From: Dehalococcoidia bacterium
GTDB lineage: Bacteria > Chloroflexota > Dehalococcoidia > Plut-88900
Direction: 5' to 3'
Length of the DNA: 64,000 bases
NCBI GenBank assembly: GCA_965197645.1
Contig: OZ240219.1
Coordinates: 2,048,001-2,112,000 of the forward strand
The position numbers and the translations under genes were made by a program. Positions 12,001 to 19,970 of this stretch are shown here, one piece after another. Numbering within the stretch: the first letter of the stretch is position 1; every line of letters starts with the position of its first letter. The notes beneath the pieces are model-generated. The model worked only from the letters and a program-made list of their open reading frames with translations, was not told the DNA's origin and ran no database searches.

Positions 12001-13855
12001 GGGGGAACCGGTGGTGCGGGTTGGCGCTCCGTACCGGATGGAGGGAACGCTTTCCAGTGTCCGGGGTCAGGTGCTGGAGGGGCACACTCTGATCGTCAGT
12101 ACGGGTCCGGATGAGACGGTGGAAGTGGTCACCGGACCACTCGGATCATTTGCTTGGGAGACGACGTTCGAGGAGGAGACAGAAACGGCGTTCAAAGTCA
12201 GGTTTGCGGGCACGGACGAGTTGGAGCCAGCCCAGGCCGCGCTCTCGGTGAAGGTTGGAAGAGTACAGATCGTGGTGGAAGACCCGGAGCCCGTGGCCCG
12301 GGGCAGCACCCTGACCCTGAGGGGGGTTATGGAGCTGAGCGGTCAAACCGTTCCCGACGCCATCGTCTCGGTGAACGGGGAGCAGTCGGCGGCCACCAAT
12401 GCAGTAGGGGTGTTTGTGGTGCGGGTACCCGTGGATACCGATGCCGAGCTGGGCGAAATGGAGTTCACGGTGTTGGCGGTAGACCTGGAAGCGGAGACGA
12501 TGGTCTCGGTGCAGGTCATGTCGACGACTAGCTTCCTGGTTACACCGCAGGATGACGTGAAACCCGGTCGGCCCGTTCTCGTCGAAGCGAGGCTGCTGGA
12601 CGATTTCGGCATGGGCGTCCCGGGCGTCGCTGTCAAGTACGGCGAGACCGGTCGGTCGGTAACGGATGAATTCGGTGCAGCGTTACTGACGGTCGATGTA
12701 CCCGACGAGGACGACCTCTCTATCGTGCCCCTCAGGGTGAGCTATGAAGGAGATGAAGCCAATTTCCCGGTATCCTATCTGGCGACTCTGCAGATCCAAA
12801 AAGGCGGTTCGGGTTGGCTGATCTGGGCGCTCCTGCCAGTTCTGCTTATCCTCGGTCTTGGAGGCGGCTATCTGGGCGGTCGCAGGTTTGGGAGACGGAC
12901 CGTACTGGCATCCGTCAGGGCCTCAGCTCCCCCAACAACCATTTCAGCACCTCAGGCCCCAGTTGAGCAAGCGTTGGAAGAGGCATTTCTGGAGATGGGA
13001 TTTGTAGACCAGTCACCCGAGGCCCGAGATGCGTGGCAGGTGGGGGAGCGGGTGCAAATTCGGTGTGTGCTGAGCGACGGTGTGGGAAGGAGGATAGCGG
13101 AGGCTGAAATACGGGTGGAATGGGGAGATGGCGACTCGGTGGTGGAGCTGGTAACGGATCGAAAGGGTGAGTGCTCAGCGTCGTGGACGGGGAATGAACC
13201 GGGCCTGTACCAGGTGAAAGGGGAGTTCGCAGGCACGGGCCGATACTTGTCGGCTGAAGCATCGCTGAGTTTCGAGATCAGGCTGTTGATGCCGACGCGT
13301 CTTGAAGTCATTTTCGCCAAGCCAGCAGACGACCTGCCGCCGGTATGGGGCGTCGGCGAAGAAGTACGGGTCGCCTTTGCACTAACGGACGATGCGGGAC
13401 GTGGGCTGGAGGGACGCCCAATTCGGGTAGCAATTGGGGACGCGGGGGAAACGAGGGAGTTGACCTCCGGCAATGACGGTCGCTGCGAGTTGGTCATGAC
13501 CGGGGAGACACCGGGTGAGTACAGGGTGGAAGCGGAGTTCCAAGGGGACGAAGGACATCTGCCCTCAGACGCCCGAGACCGGTTCGAGGTTGTTGAGTTC
13601 AGGGACGATGTGGTGCGAAGGTACAATGCGTTCTTGGCAGGGGTTCGGGAGAAGGTATCCGGGATCTCCCCGAAAGCAACTCCTCGGGAGGTGGAGTCCA
13701 TAGTCGTCGCGCGTGGCCTACCGCTGGACCAGAGGGCATTGGAGGAGCTTATTGCCCGGTTCGAAGAGGCGGACTACAGCGAGCACGAGATAGCCAGGCA
13801 GCAGTTCGAGGCGGCATACCGGGCCTGGCGACGGCTGGAGAAGGAACAGGAATAG
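6074..13855 (+). CDS. Giant membrane protein: 5 TM, HEAT repeats, three transglutaminase-like domains, Ig-like repeats, TM, DUF4129-like C-terminus
   Basis: Three copies of GTCGxFSSAFVVxARSxGIPARVVSGW...HQWAE...EPT (Cys at aa 592, 1087, 1500); HEAT motifs such as VRAASAEAL; ~93-aa beta repeats (GTLxD..G..L); C-terminal TPRE...FEEADYS. Confidence 0.9.
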   Translation: MKSMFRRVRSHFALLLVLAVVLGGLLFLFELFGGLTSDGPKDLLTTNDSADSTAEMPSGARLIALLTPGMFVLLGIGALALLRRRLKHGHGRRWAPVLLGAMAVGLLGSGVYLSVGTVLGGVDDGGHSVATEYVTPLGLTLLAAFIVTVGVVAVTKPRLLPIPLIAWLVPALIFGMLGSNAIAGMNLFNHHSKVETTQGYENAVNVYWQAGVGPPAEEGQPGNVSDTGSLTGAEYHVNALLHGTPEERAEAVSELVRTPDPAVVPPLVQALGDSDEEVTTAAREVLQEALESDDPEVKQAAESALVEALGDGDLIVRAAAERIMEEGDNFIALLESGGALVYLSDRVYWAPGTTTDTASEPATIAVFEVTGASATGYLRVDVGDEYTGQGWVRLDPVELSYPARTPTQRLVYSNVIEDEALEILPRQDAATALLAWPESSAEETLKQRITISAPEQEQKVPAGSVPTSIGADFFDADGRYRPFSGTFSTDQEVEQYGWTSTVHRFSEDQLRGAQTFSDSAALALPEIVTERVRLLAEEITGEHASPYEKARALVWYLRETYEYEFVSEDDEALPENGDAVDRFLFETMKGTCGDFSSAFVVLARSVGIPARVVSGWVIEENAERQTVYTDQAHQWAEVAFEELGWRRFEPTHINGPPFRAQVTEVWEDELHRLEEKLFSRPDPGERIDAVDDLVEYSTKAPSELRDVSSLLIGALGGDEAVEVRARSAEALGDKAYWNARHALITALYEDGAEEVRAASAEALVKLRGEDSVRALIRALQTDESPKVRTISIAGLTELKDLRAIGPILGALSDPIEEVREAAKAALKELGATVTELEGGGRTALVEGQAIAFNPSTTTAQAQEPPQKALFEVTATGAISYLRTGVGDIYEDGRWTQTDPVEASFEANELLVAVERLASGRTDRRPPPSSSLAPHLASESTLITVRISPLNSGEVISAGVIPAPEGMRIVSEPGVYMPYSSTVRINDVASEVLWTARTVEYDEDILTEAQPYDDPAYTQLPGSLPEQIGELARRITEGHAGTYAQAVAIQDYLRQSYSYAFAAPGAAGPPASQDPVDWFLFDSRQGTCGQFSSAFVVLARSVGIPARVVSGWTIGRTDATQTVYAHQAHQWAEVALDEIGWVPLEPTAQGAPSRTPDFDSGEAGSELSDESDGSTDADDTTTIPPEDSQAISDRVAENLDILGEDSGTGLHDLNQLLGDTRPGYGEAARELLEQQGASVTELENGTSLVVFEDQGYWVPGTTTSQAPGLAHNPIFQVRGAAHTGYLRTAVGDLYENGKWRQLHQAGFWVLPGQNVPHAVRKEMAKENGAFSGIPPDRLAVSLLAGFQTTPVEIHTDVIRMNPIGEQQYFPDGTLPTSLHVQSIDTLSWFWAHNLTLGSADPVSGYIWTSKVPYYSETQLIAARASSDPTYTQLPLSVPDRVRQKALEVTRGFNGPYGKAKALERFLSTTYAYAFADSPGDAPPAGRDPVDWFLFDHQEGTCGVFSSAFVVMARSIGIPARVVSGWMISDYPGTQTVFTDQAHQWAEIALDGIGWLTIEPTAAGGAPSRVSRAGGASTGSSSVQIKRGTVTEIDQWPTETRKGIPFTIGGSVLTLSGNPVNGIEVEVFVNEEKENGGWRLGTTTTEAGRFEIEVTVPTSFEPGSYQLIAHAIDNEAFEGSWSDPEVGVYSGTELIFSGPTEISVDVKGIFHGTLTEETGGSLGGRMIQVRVEGESPFQVTTDNGGEFGFTRTFEQSGERTVEVSFDQEGYFLSNEARLDIRVTMPTVLSIDAVDRIRVGEEYKIRGRLRDVRGEGPSSKQIKVTLPSGEVVSAETDVLGAFTVTGIADQPGMYGLEASFGGDGVLEPSKTGYTLLIINPVVLELSGYDNVRIGEEYVVRGTLKDSRGTPLAQSEVLLTMPEGVTSVLTDEQGAFEVSDTTDQPGRYDIEASFAGNNLLEPGSAAHILSVVEPVNLDLSGEPVVRVGAPYRMEGTLSSVRGQVLEGHTLIVSTGPDETVEVVTGPLGSFAWETTFEEETETAFKVRFAGTDELEPAQAALSVKVGRVQIVVEDPEPVARGSTLTLRGVMELSGQTVPDAIVSVNGEQSAATNAVGVFVVRVPVDTDAELGEMEFTVLAVDLEAETMVSVQVMSTTSFLVTPQDDVKPGRPVLVEARLLDDFGMGVPGVAVKYGETGRSVTDEFGAALLTVDVPDEDDLSIVPLRVSYEGDEANFPVSYLATLQIQKGGSGWLIWALLPVLLILGLGGGYLGGRRFGRRTVLASVRASAPPTTISAPQAPVEQALEEAFLEMGFVDQSPEARDAWQVGERVQIRCVLSDGVGRRIAEAEIRVEWGDGDSVVELVTDRKGECSASWTGNEPGLYQVKGEFAGTGRYLSAEASLSFEIRLLMPTRLEVIFAKPADDLPPVWGVGEEVRVAFALTDDAGRGLEGRPIRVAIGDAGETRELTSGNDGRCELVMTGETPGEYRVEAEFQGDEGHLPSDARDRFEVVEFRDDVVRRYNAFLAGVREKVSGISPKATPREVESIVVARGLPLDQRALEELIARFEEADYSEHEIARQQFEAAYRAWRRLEKEQE

Positions 13856-13861
13856 GCGGGG

Positions 13862-16003
13862 ATGAAGACAATTGAACGGTTGAGGGTCTCAGCGGCACAC
13901 ACGATCGCAATTGTCATTGCGGCGTGGGCGTTGTGGACGTTGCAACTGCTGGTACCGCCGGAAACGGAACTCCAATTCAGGACCCTTCTGGGACCTGTGC
14001 TGGCCGCGGCTCTGGTCTCTTTACTTGTAAGCCTCCTGCTCTGGACTCAGGGACGAGAAGGCTGGCGGCGAGTTCTAAAACTTCCGGACCAGTTCAACAC
14101 CAAGCTCTGCTTTGCTCTGTGGGTTCTTGTGCGTCTGCTGAGGGTCGGGGCCTGGTTGGCTATAGTACTGAGTGTAGGCCTGTCCTTTGCCAGTACACGG
14201 GCCGAACCGGGCACTTACTACTATCTGATAGGTGGATTGGCAGGAATACTTGCATTTGTGGCGCTGGTTCGGGTGTCGAGCATACGGTTCCCGGCCGCGA
14301 GTCTGATCTTTCCTGTGCCTTGGGTGCGCCTTGGAGCGTTCATCACGATATACCTCTTGTTGCATATCGACCGGTTGACCGAGCACGGTTTTCCCAATAG
14401 CCAGCTGATACTTGCTCTGTGGACTGCATTGTCGGCCAGCTACGCCGGCGACACCCTGGGAAAGACGGCGGCGATCGTGGGAGAGATGGAAGAGCCTAAA
14501 TGGTGGCTGCCACCACCAGCGTTGCTCCGAAGGGCTTCCGCCCTCTTGGTAGGGACGAGCGCGGGGCTGATTGTGTGGGGGGCTCTTAGCTCCCTCCCCA
14601 ACGTGAGTGCCCTATTGCTGAACGAATGGCCTCGACTTCTGATCGGATACGCTACTCAACCTTACTTCAGCCAGTTCTACGAGGCGAGGCACTTGAGCGC
14701 AGCATTCGTTGCCGGGCTGTACTTCGTGATCAAGTTGCCTCCAGGGGAGGCCGTAGCTGACAGAGTAGACTACAGGCCGCTGGCCAAAGCGGTTGGATAC
14801 AGTGTGGTTGGGGCGGCGGCCTGGCTGATAGGGGACGAGTTGGCTGACCTGGGGCACGGGTTTCCGTTAGCGGCAGCGGCGATTGCCTGCGGATTCTTCG
14901 CAGCAGGACTGTCTCACATGGCCCGATACCACATCTCCAGTTCCATATGGGTACTCAGTGCAACGGCTCGGCTCCTGTCGAAATCGGTCTACAGGACCGC
15001 CATGTTGGGAGTCTTCCTGGCCATGTACGGTCTTCTCGTCCGGCCCTTGGTATACGACGTGATGTGGTTTGCGCCGATCTATGAGTGGGTTGCGGTGGTG
15101 CTGTTCGCCGTGGTCGCGATAAACCGTATGAGAGGCCATACGAGGACCCAGGTGCTCCCGGAGGGAGGGCCACCGGCAGACTGGCCGCGCTGGTCCAGGC
15201 ATGTTCAAACTGTGGAGCAGCGGCCGGACACGCGCTTCGAAGGTCTGTTGGACCTTCAGAAACGTTACGTGGACACGGGAAGATGGGGTTATCTTTGGAG
15301 GTACATGCTGGGACTGCTCCTTCGAAACCGGGCGCCGCTGGACGCTATTCCAGGGGTCTTCGAGCCGATGAGGCGCGGTTTCGAGGACTCGCTCAAATGG
15401 GACCCCTTGCCTCGAAGAGGAGTGAGGGCCAAACGGCGGCGGGATTCGGCTCTCACCGAAACGATGAGTCGGATGGACGCTGCCCTTGCCAAGGGCCCCG
15501 AGCCTCTTCCGGAAATCAGTGAGGAGCGGGTGAGGTCGGTGGGACAATCCTTTGTGGAGGATGGGGCACGACCCGAGCTCTTGGCCGTCACAATGGCGTC
15601 AGCCTATTGGCAAAAAGGCGCGCCCCTGGACCTGGCGGTGAGTTTCTGGTTTCCCCTGCTCACAATGACCAAAGGAGTCAGACTGGGACTGTTCTCCCTG
15701 GTCAGGTCCGGCGAAAGATCTGGGCTTGAACAAAAGAAGCGGCGGCTGCGAGTATTGGATGCGGCGATCTCTCACTTGTTCAGGGGAGGAACGGCCAATG
15801 AGCTGCCCCTGGGGGTTTTAGCGGACCCCGCGCCCGTCTCCGACCGAGCCGGGGGCTATGTCACTTCGGATATTCCGGAAGGTCAGGCTATAGAGGTGCT
15901 TTCGGAGGATGGTGGGTGGTGGAGAGTGAGGACAGGCGATGACCAGAAGAGCTTTATGACTCCGGCGGACGCCGTGCGGCGGCGGATACTGCCGGGAGAC
16001 TGA
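13862..16003 (+). CDS. Polytopic membrane protein with soluble C-terminal region ending in an SH3-like domain
   Basis: About 12 hydrophobic segments; C-terminal IPEGQAIEVLSEDGGWWRVRT; starts 6 nt after the upstream stop. Confidence 0.75.
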   Translation: MKTIERLRVSAAHTIAIVIAAWALWTLQLLVPPETELQFRTLLGPVLAAALVSLLVSLLLWTQGREGWRRVLKLPDQFNTKLCFALWVLVRLLRVGAWLAIVLSVGLSFASTRAEPGTYYYLIGGLAGILAFVALVRVSSIRFPAASLIFPVPWVRLGAFITIYLLLHIDRLTEHGFPNSQLILALWTALSASYAGDTLGKTAAIVGEMEEPKWWLPPPALLRRASALLVGTSAGLIVWGALSSLPNVSALLLNEWPRLLIGYATQPYFSQFYEARHLSAAFVAGLYFVIKLPPGEAVADRVDYRPLAKAVGYSVVGAAAWLIGDELADLGHGFPLAAAAIACGFFAAGLSHMARYHISSSIWVLSATARLLSKSVYRTAMLGVFLAMYGLLVRPLVYDVMWFAPIYEWVAVVLFAVVAINRMRGHTRTQVLPEGGPPADWPRWSRHVQTVEQRPDTRFEGLLDLQKRYVDTGRWGYLWRYMLGLLLRNRAPLDAIPGVFEPMRRGFEDSLKWDPLPRRGVRAKRRRDSALTETMSRMDAALAKGPEPLPEISEERVRSVGQSFVEDGARPELLAVTMASAYWQKGAPLDLAVSFWFPLLTMTKGVRLGLFSLVRSGERSGLEQKKRRLRVLDAAISHLFRGGTANELPLGVLADPAPVSDRAGGYVTSDIPEGQAIEVLSEDGGWWRVRTGDDQKSFMTPADAVRRRILPGD

Positions 16004-16018
16004 CGCCGGGGAGGCGGA

Positions 16019-17020
16019 ATGGACAAGAGCCAGAGTCAATTGGCGGTTGAACAGGCAGGACCTCTTTGTGAAAGTATCATAGACCGGGTCTCGGAAGTTT
16101 TCGTCGGGAGCCGCCTCGTGCTGCGGAAACTGCTGGCGGCGGCCCTGGCCAACGGCCACGTCCTGTTCGAGGACTACCCGGGGCTGGGGAAGACACTGCT
16201 GGCTAAAGTATTCACCAAGGCCATCGGAAGTGAGACGCAAAGGGTGCAATTCACACCGGACATGCTGCCCGCCGACATCCTGGGGGCGAAGGTATGGCGG
16301 CAGAACAGTGGCGTGTTTGAACTGATCAGAGGACCCGTATTCACCAACGTGCTGCTGGCCGATGAGATCAACCGCGCTCCCCCGAAGACCCAGGCTGCGT
16401 TGCTGGAGGCGATGGAAGAACGACAGGTCACCATCGATCGGGATACCCTGTCCCTGCAACCGCCCTTCCTGGTAATCGCCACCCAAAACCCCATAGAGCA
16501 GGAGGGAACTTATCCGTTGCCCGAGGCCCAACTGGACAGGTTCCTGTTCCGGCTCGGGACCGGATACCCGACGAACCAGGAGCAAGAGAGCAGGATTCTG
16601 CATCGGCGCATCCAGTGGCGGAAGGATGATCCGACCGAAGATCTGGACCCTGTGCTCGACGCCGAGAGTTTCGTCAGATTGCAGCGAATCGTCGAGACAA
16701 ACGTGTACATAGACCAGGTGATGATCGACTACATTACCCAAGTAGTGCGCCTGACGCGGGAGCATCCCCACGTAACCCTCGGAGTAAGTCCTCGGGGAAG
16801 CCTGGCGCTTCTGAAATTGTCGAGGAGCATGGCGCTTATCAACGGCCGTGACTTCGTGATCCCGGACGACGTGAAGGCGATAGCCGGGGATGCGCTCGGG
16901 CACCGGATCATCCTGAACATCGAGGCTACCCTGCAGGGAATGAGGCCGGAGTCGGTGGTCGAAGACGTGGTGGAACAGGTGCCGGTCCCGACCGAGCTGG
17001 GCCGTAGAGACGCCGGCTAA
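16019..17020 (+). CDS. moxR: MoxR family AAA+ ATPase
   Basis: Walker A PGLGKT, RVQFTPDMLPAD, LLADEINRAPPKTQAALLEAM, ATQNPIEQEGTYPLPEAQLDRF. Confidence 0.97.
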   Translation: MDKSQSQLAVEQAGPLCESIIDRVSEVFVGSRLVLRKLLAAALANGHVLFEDYPGLGKTLLAKVFTKAIGSETQRVQFTPDMLPADILGAKVWRQNSGVFELIRGPVFTNVLLADEINRAPPKTQAALLEAMEERQVTIDRDTLSLQPPFLVIATQNPIEQEGTYPLPEAQLDRFLFRLGTGYPTNQEQESRILHRRIQWRKDDPTEDLDPVLDAESFVRLQRIVETNVYIDQVMIDYITQVVRLTREHPHVTLGVSPRGSLALLKLSRSMALINGRDFVIPDDVKAIAGDALGHRIILNIEATLQGMRPESVVEDVVEQVPVPTELGRRDAG

Positions 17021-18354
17021 TGCTCTCCGCTCTTCCCGCCAACTGGTTGGCGCTGTCGTTCCTACTCCTGTCCATTGCCTTGGTATTCGGAAACCCGATT
17101 CTGCTGGCGGGTGCGGTATTCGGGTTGCTGTTTGTTCTGTTGGCGACACTGCTGACACCCCCGAGTGGCATTGAAGTGGAACGGGAGATGACACGAGTGG
17201 TGTGTTGGGCGGGGGACAAACTGGAAGTCAGGCGAAGGGTGAGGGTCAGGTCGGGGGTTGGGATGCTCTATGTGCACGATGAGCTTCCCGCGGAAATGGA
17301 GGTGGTGGAGGGGAACAATCTACGGGCAGTATGGAAGTGGCCCGGGGCCAAGAGTTTCGACCTTCCCTATGAGTTCTTGTGCCCCAAGAGAGGCCTCTAC
17401 ACCCTGGGGGAGACGGCATGGAACGCGGAGGGGCCCATAGGACTTCAGCGTCGAAACCAGGGGACGGCCGGTGAACCGCAGGAGTTCTCGGTGATGCCGC
17501 GATTTCAGGCGGTGCATCGCGTAAAGGAAATTCGTGCCAGGGCGCATACACGCTACTTCCGAACGGACGTGACTCCGCTGGGCCCGTCAACGACGGATTT
17601 CAAAGAGCTTCGACCATATTCTCCCGGAGACCCGATGAGCATCGTCAATTGGAAGGCAAGTGCACGAAACTCCTATGGCGCCAGCCCACTGCTGGTCAAC
17701 CAGTACGAGTCGGAGGGCAGGAAGGCGATCTGGATCTTCGTGGACGGGGCCGAGTACATGGATGTCGGGACGTCCCTGTCGTCGTTGGTAGACCATGCCG
17801 TAGAAGCTGCGGGCAGCATAGCACAATACTACCTGTCCCGGGGGTATACGCTAGGGGCATACATATACAACACCCCGAACGATGTCCTCACTCCGGACCT
17901 GGGCCAAAAACAGTTCAAGCGCCTGACCGATATGCTCACAACGCTCCAGCCAGGGCGAGCTACCCAGGACCTGCCGGAGGCGGTGGAGAGGTGTAAGAGC
18001 TTCCTTTACCGCCTTCAGCCCGAGGTGTATGCCATCACCCGGCTGGATGCACACTACCCGCGCAGCGGGGTTGGAGCCCCATCCATAGATAGCTTCATTG
18101 CCGGGATACAACGTCTGGTGGCGCTGAGATCCAGGTCCCGAAGCCTGAACCCCGTCAGGGTGGTCCACTTGGAGTCGGCGGGAGTCAGGCAGGGGGAAGC
18201 CGCCATGGCATCGCGAACGCAAGACCTGATCCGGTGGGAAGCCCGCACAATACTCAAGCCTATCCGGGACGTTGGGGCTTCGGTCGTGGCGTGGAACCCA
18301 ATGGAACAGGACTTCACCACTACGCTTATGAAACACATCTACTTCGGGACGTGA
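17020..18354 (+). CDS. DUF58 domain protein (vWA-like MoxR partner) with 2 N-terminal TM
   Basis: FKELRPYSPGDPMSIVNWKASAR motif; TAATG overlap with moxR. Confidence 0.92.
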   Translation: MLSALPANWLALSFLLLSIALVFGNPILLAGAVFGLLFVLLATLLTPPSGIEVEREMTRVVCWAGDKLEVRRRVRVRSGVGMLYVHDELPAEMEVVEGNNLRAVWKWPGAKSFDLPYEFLCPKRGLYTLGETAWNAEGPIGLQRRNQGTAGEPQEFSVMPRFQAVHRVKEIRARAHTRYFRTDVTPLGPSTTDFKELRPYSPGDPMSIVNWKASARNSYGASPLLVNQYESEGRKAIWIFVDGAEYMDVGTSLSSLVDHAVEAAGSIAQYYLSRGYTLGAYIYNTPNDVLTPDLGQKQFKRLTDMLTTLQPGRATQDLPEAVERCKSFLYRLQPEVYAITRLDAHYPRSGVGAPSIDSFIAGIQRLVALRSRSRSLNPVRVVHLESAGVRQGEAAMASRTQDLIRWEARTILKPIRDVGASVVAWNPMEQDFTTTLMKHIYFGT

Positions 18355-18358
18355 TCGG

Positions 18359-19057
18359 ATGGTGCAATTACGGGTTGTAGAGACGGGGCTTCTGGTCTAC
18401 CTGTTCGGGATGGCCGCATGGGTAATATGGCAGACCGGGGGCGCGGCGGTGGACATCGATAAGGGATGGGAGTGGATTTCGGATGTACAGGAATGGGAAG
18501 ACTGGGGATCAACGGTGTTCGCCCTGATCCTGGCCGCTATCGTTCTGGTGCCGATAGGGTTGTACTGGGGGCTCCAGGCTCGAGGTAAGCATCGGGTGTC
18601 GTTCTGGATGGTAAGCACGCTTGCTCTCGCGCCGCAAATGCCTGCTGCGCTCTCATTCAATCGAGTTGACTGGCTGTCCTTCTGGAAATACCCGATGTTC
18701 ACGACGACCATTCCCCAGTCAGTGGTGGCGTTGCTGTTGTTGGTGTCGCTGTTGATTCTCTTAGTATTGCACAGGGCTGGAGATCTGAGACGGCTGAGGG
18801 AAAAGCTGTCGGAGCTGGGATTGGAACGAAAAGAGCGTGGCCTCGTAGTGAGGAACGAGGCCCTGATACTGGGGGCAATTGCCGCAGCTAACCTGGGGAT
18901 AACGGGTGCTCTGTTGACGGCAGGGATGGCCTTGTCGGAGCTGGGAGGTCCCTTGGAACAGTCTCCGTGGCCGGTTGTCAGTATCGGGGCGGTGGCAATA
19001 CTGCTGCTTGCGGTAATCATGGCGCTATGGGTGAGACGGGCTGGCCCTTCCCACTAG
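18359..19057 (+). CDS. Membrane protein (~6 TM), last gene of the operon
   Basis: Hydrophobic segments; 4 nt after the DUF58 stop. Confidence 0.75.
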   Translation: MVQLRVVETGLLVYLFGMAAWVIWQTGGAAVDIDKGWEWISDVQEWEDWGSTVFALILAAIVLVPIGLYWGLQARGKHRVSFWMVSTLALAPQMPAALSFNRVDWLSFWKYPMFTTTIPQSVVALLLLVSLLILLVLHRAGDLRRLREKLSELGLERKERGLVVRNEALILGAIAAANLGITGALLTAGMALSELGGPLEQSPWPVVSIGAVAILLLAVIMALWVRRAGPSH

Positions 19058-19164
19058 CCGGCAACGAAGGTGAGCGATGATTGGACTTAACATTTTCCGT
19101 GTTGGGGGAAGCTAGGCTAGGAGTCGATCGTGACAGCAGAAGTAAGGGAGCAAACGGCACAGAT

Positions 19165-19385
19165 TAGAAACGTGAACGTACGTTGGGCGCATGTTGTTGT
19201 TGAAGGACATACCCTGGTGCAGGTTCAGCGCTTTGTTCAACTTCCGTGAGCTCGTCGAATACCGTGTCAGTCAGCACTAGAGTGCGCTCCTGACTCGACC
19301 CAGCCACCAGATGCCTCAGCTTGCAGATCTAGGCCGCGCCGGTCATCTTTGGTATCGGGGAGTCCAGGACGATTGTCACTTGGAC
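19165..19385 (-). pseudogene. Possible decayed response-regulator receiver fragment
   Basis: Minus-strand VTIVLDSPIPKMTGAA*ICKLR...LVLT...GYVL loosely matches the receiver consensus; internal stop. Confidence 0.3.
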
Positions 19386-19592
19386 ATGAAACGCGTCGCT
19401 CGGACCTCACTGTCTACGTGCCTGTTGTGGAGTAACTCAAAGCCTTGCGCAATGAGCCGTTAGGCGTAGTCATCATTCGACTACGAGCCAAGCAGATATA
19501 TGGGGCTCTAATGCCTTGCAGCTAACTCACCCGAATCCTAATTTGGGCACCGGTACCTGACCTTAAATGGGCACGACATACTGAAAAGTTCG

Positions 19593-19622
19593 CACTTGGG
19601 TACAGGGTGGGATACCCAAGTG
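19593..19622. repeat. Perfect 10-bp inverted repeat CACTTGGGTA-N10-TACCCAAGTG
   Basis: Read directly; two nearby TGGGCAC repeats at ~19544 and ~19568. Confidence 0.6.
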
Positions 19623-19776
19623 AGCTGGAACGTCCAAACGGAATCCTACCCATCTGTGTCCGTCAACCAGATGCGTCCAGTAAGCCGGGGCGAGTTACTC
19701 CAGTTACATTCTTGGGCGAAGGCCTGATGTCCTGCCTTGTCAGGTAACTGATTGGTACGTTTACTTTCGGCGTATT

Positions 19777-19854
19777 TTTGTGGTAAGCATTGTGGGAATG
19801 CATGCCAAATTGTAGCTGTTTCACACCTAAGTTCGAATCCCACCCTCTCCGCCA
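19777..19854 (+). repeat. att-like site (copy 2) with intact tRNA-Ser 3' end GTTCGAATCCCACCCTCTCCGCCA at 19831-19854
   Basis: T-loop, acceptor strand CTCTCC, discriminator G and CCA, but no 5' half. Preceded by direct repeats TGTGGTAA/TGTGGGAA. Confidence 0.85.
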
Positions 19855-19970
19855 TCAACCCTGCCAACTCTACCTTCTGTCGTTTCTTCCTGCTCTCATT
19901 TCATAGCTAATTCACACTCTTTGGTTCCTATTCGTCCCGTATACATCTCCTCTTATTCCGCCTCACATGT

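Noticed and set aside
15818-17194. 458-aa antisense ORF (also 33517-34956, 30515-31567 and similar)
   Set aside because: Antisense shadows of well-supported genes, typical of high-GC DNA, with no motifs.
19831-19854. Complete tRNA-Ser gene
   Set aside because: Only the 3' 24 nt are present; there is no D arm, anticodon arm or 5' acceptor strand.
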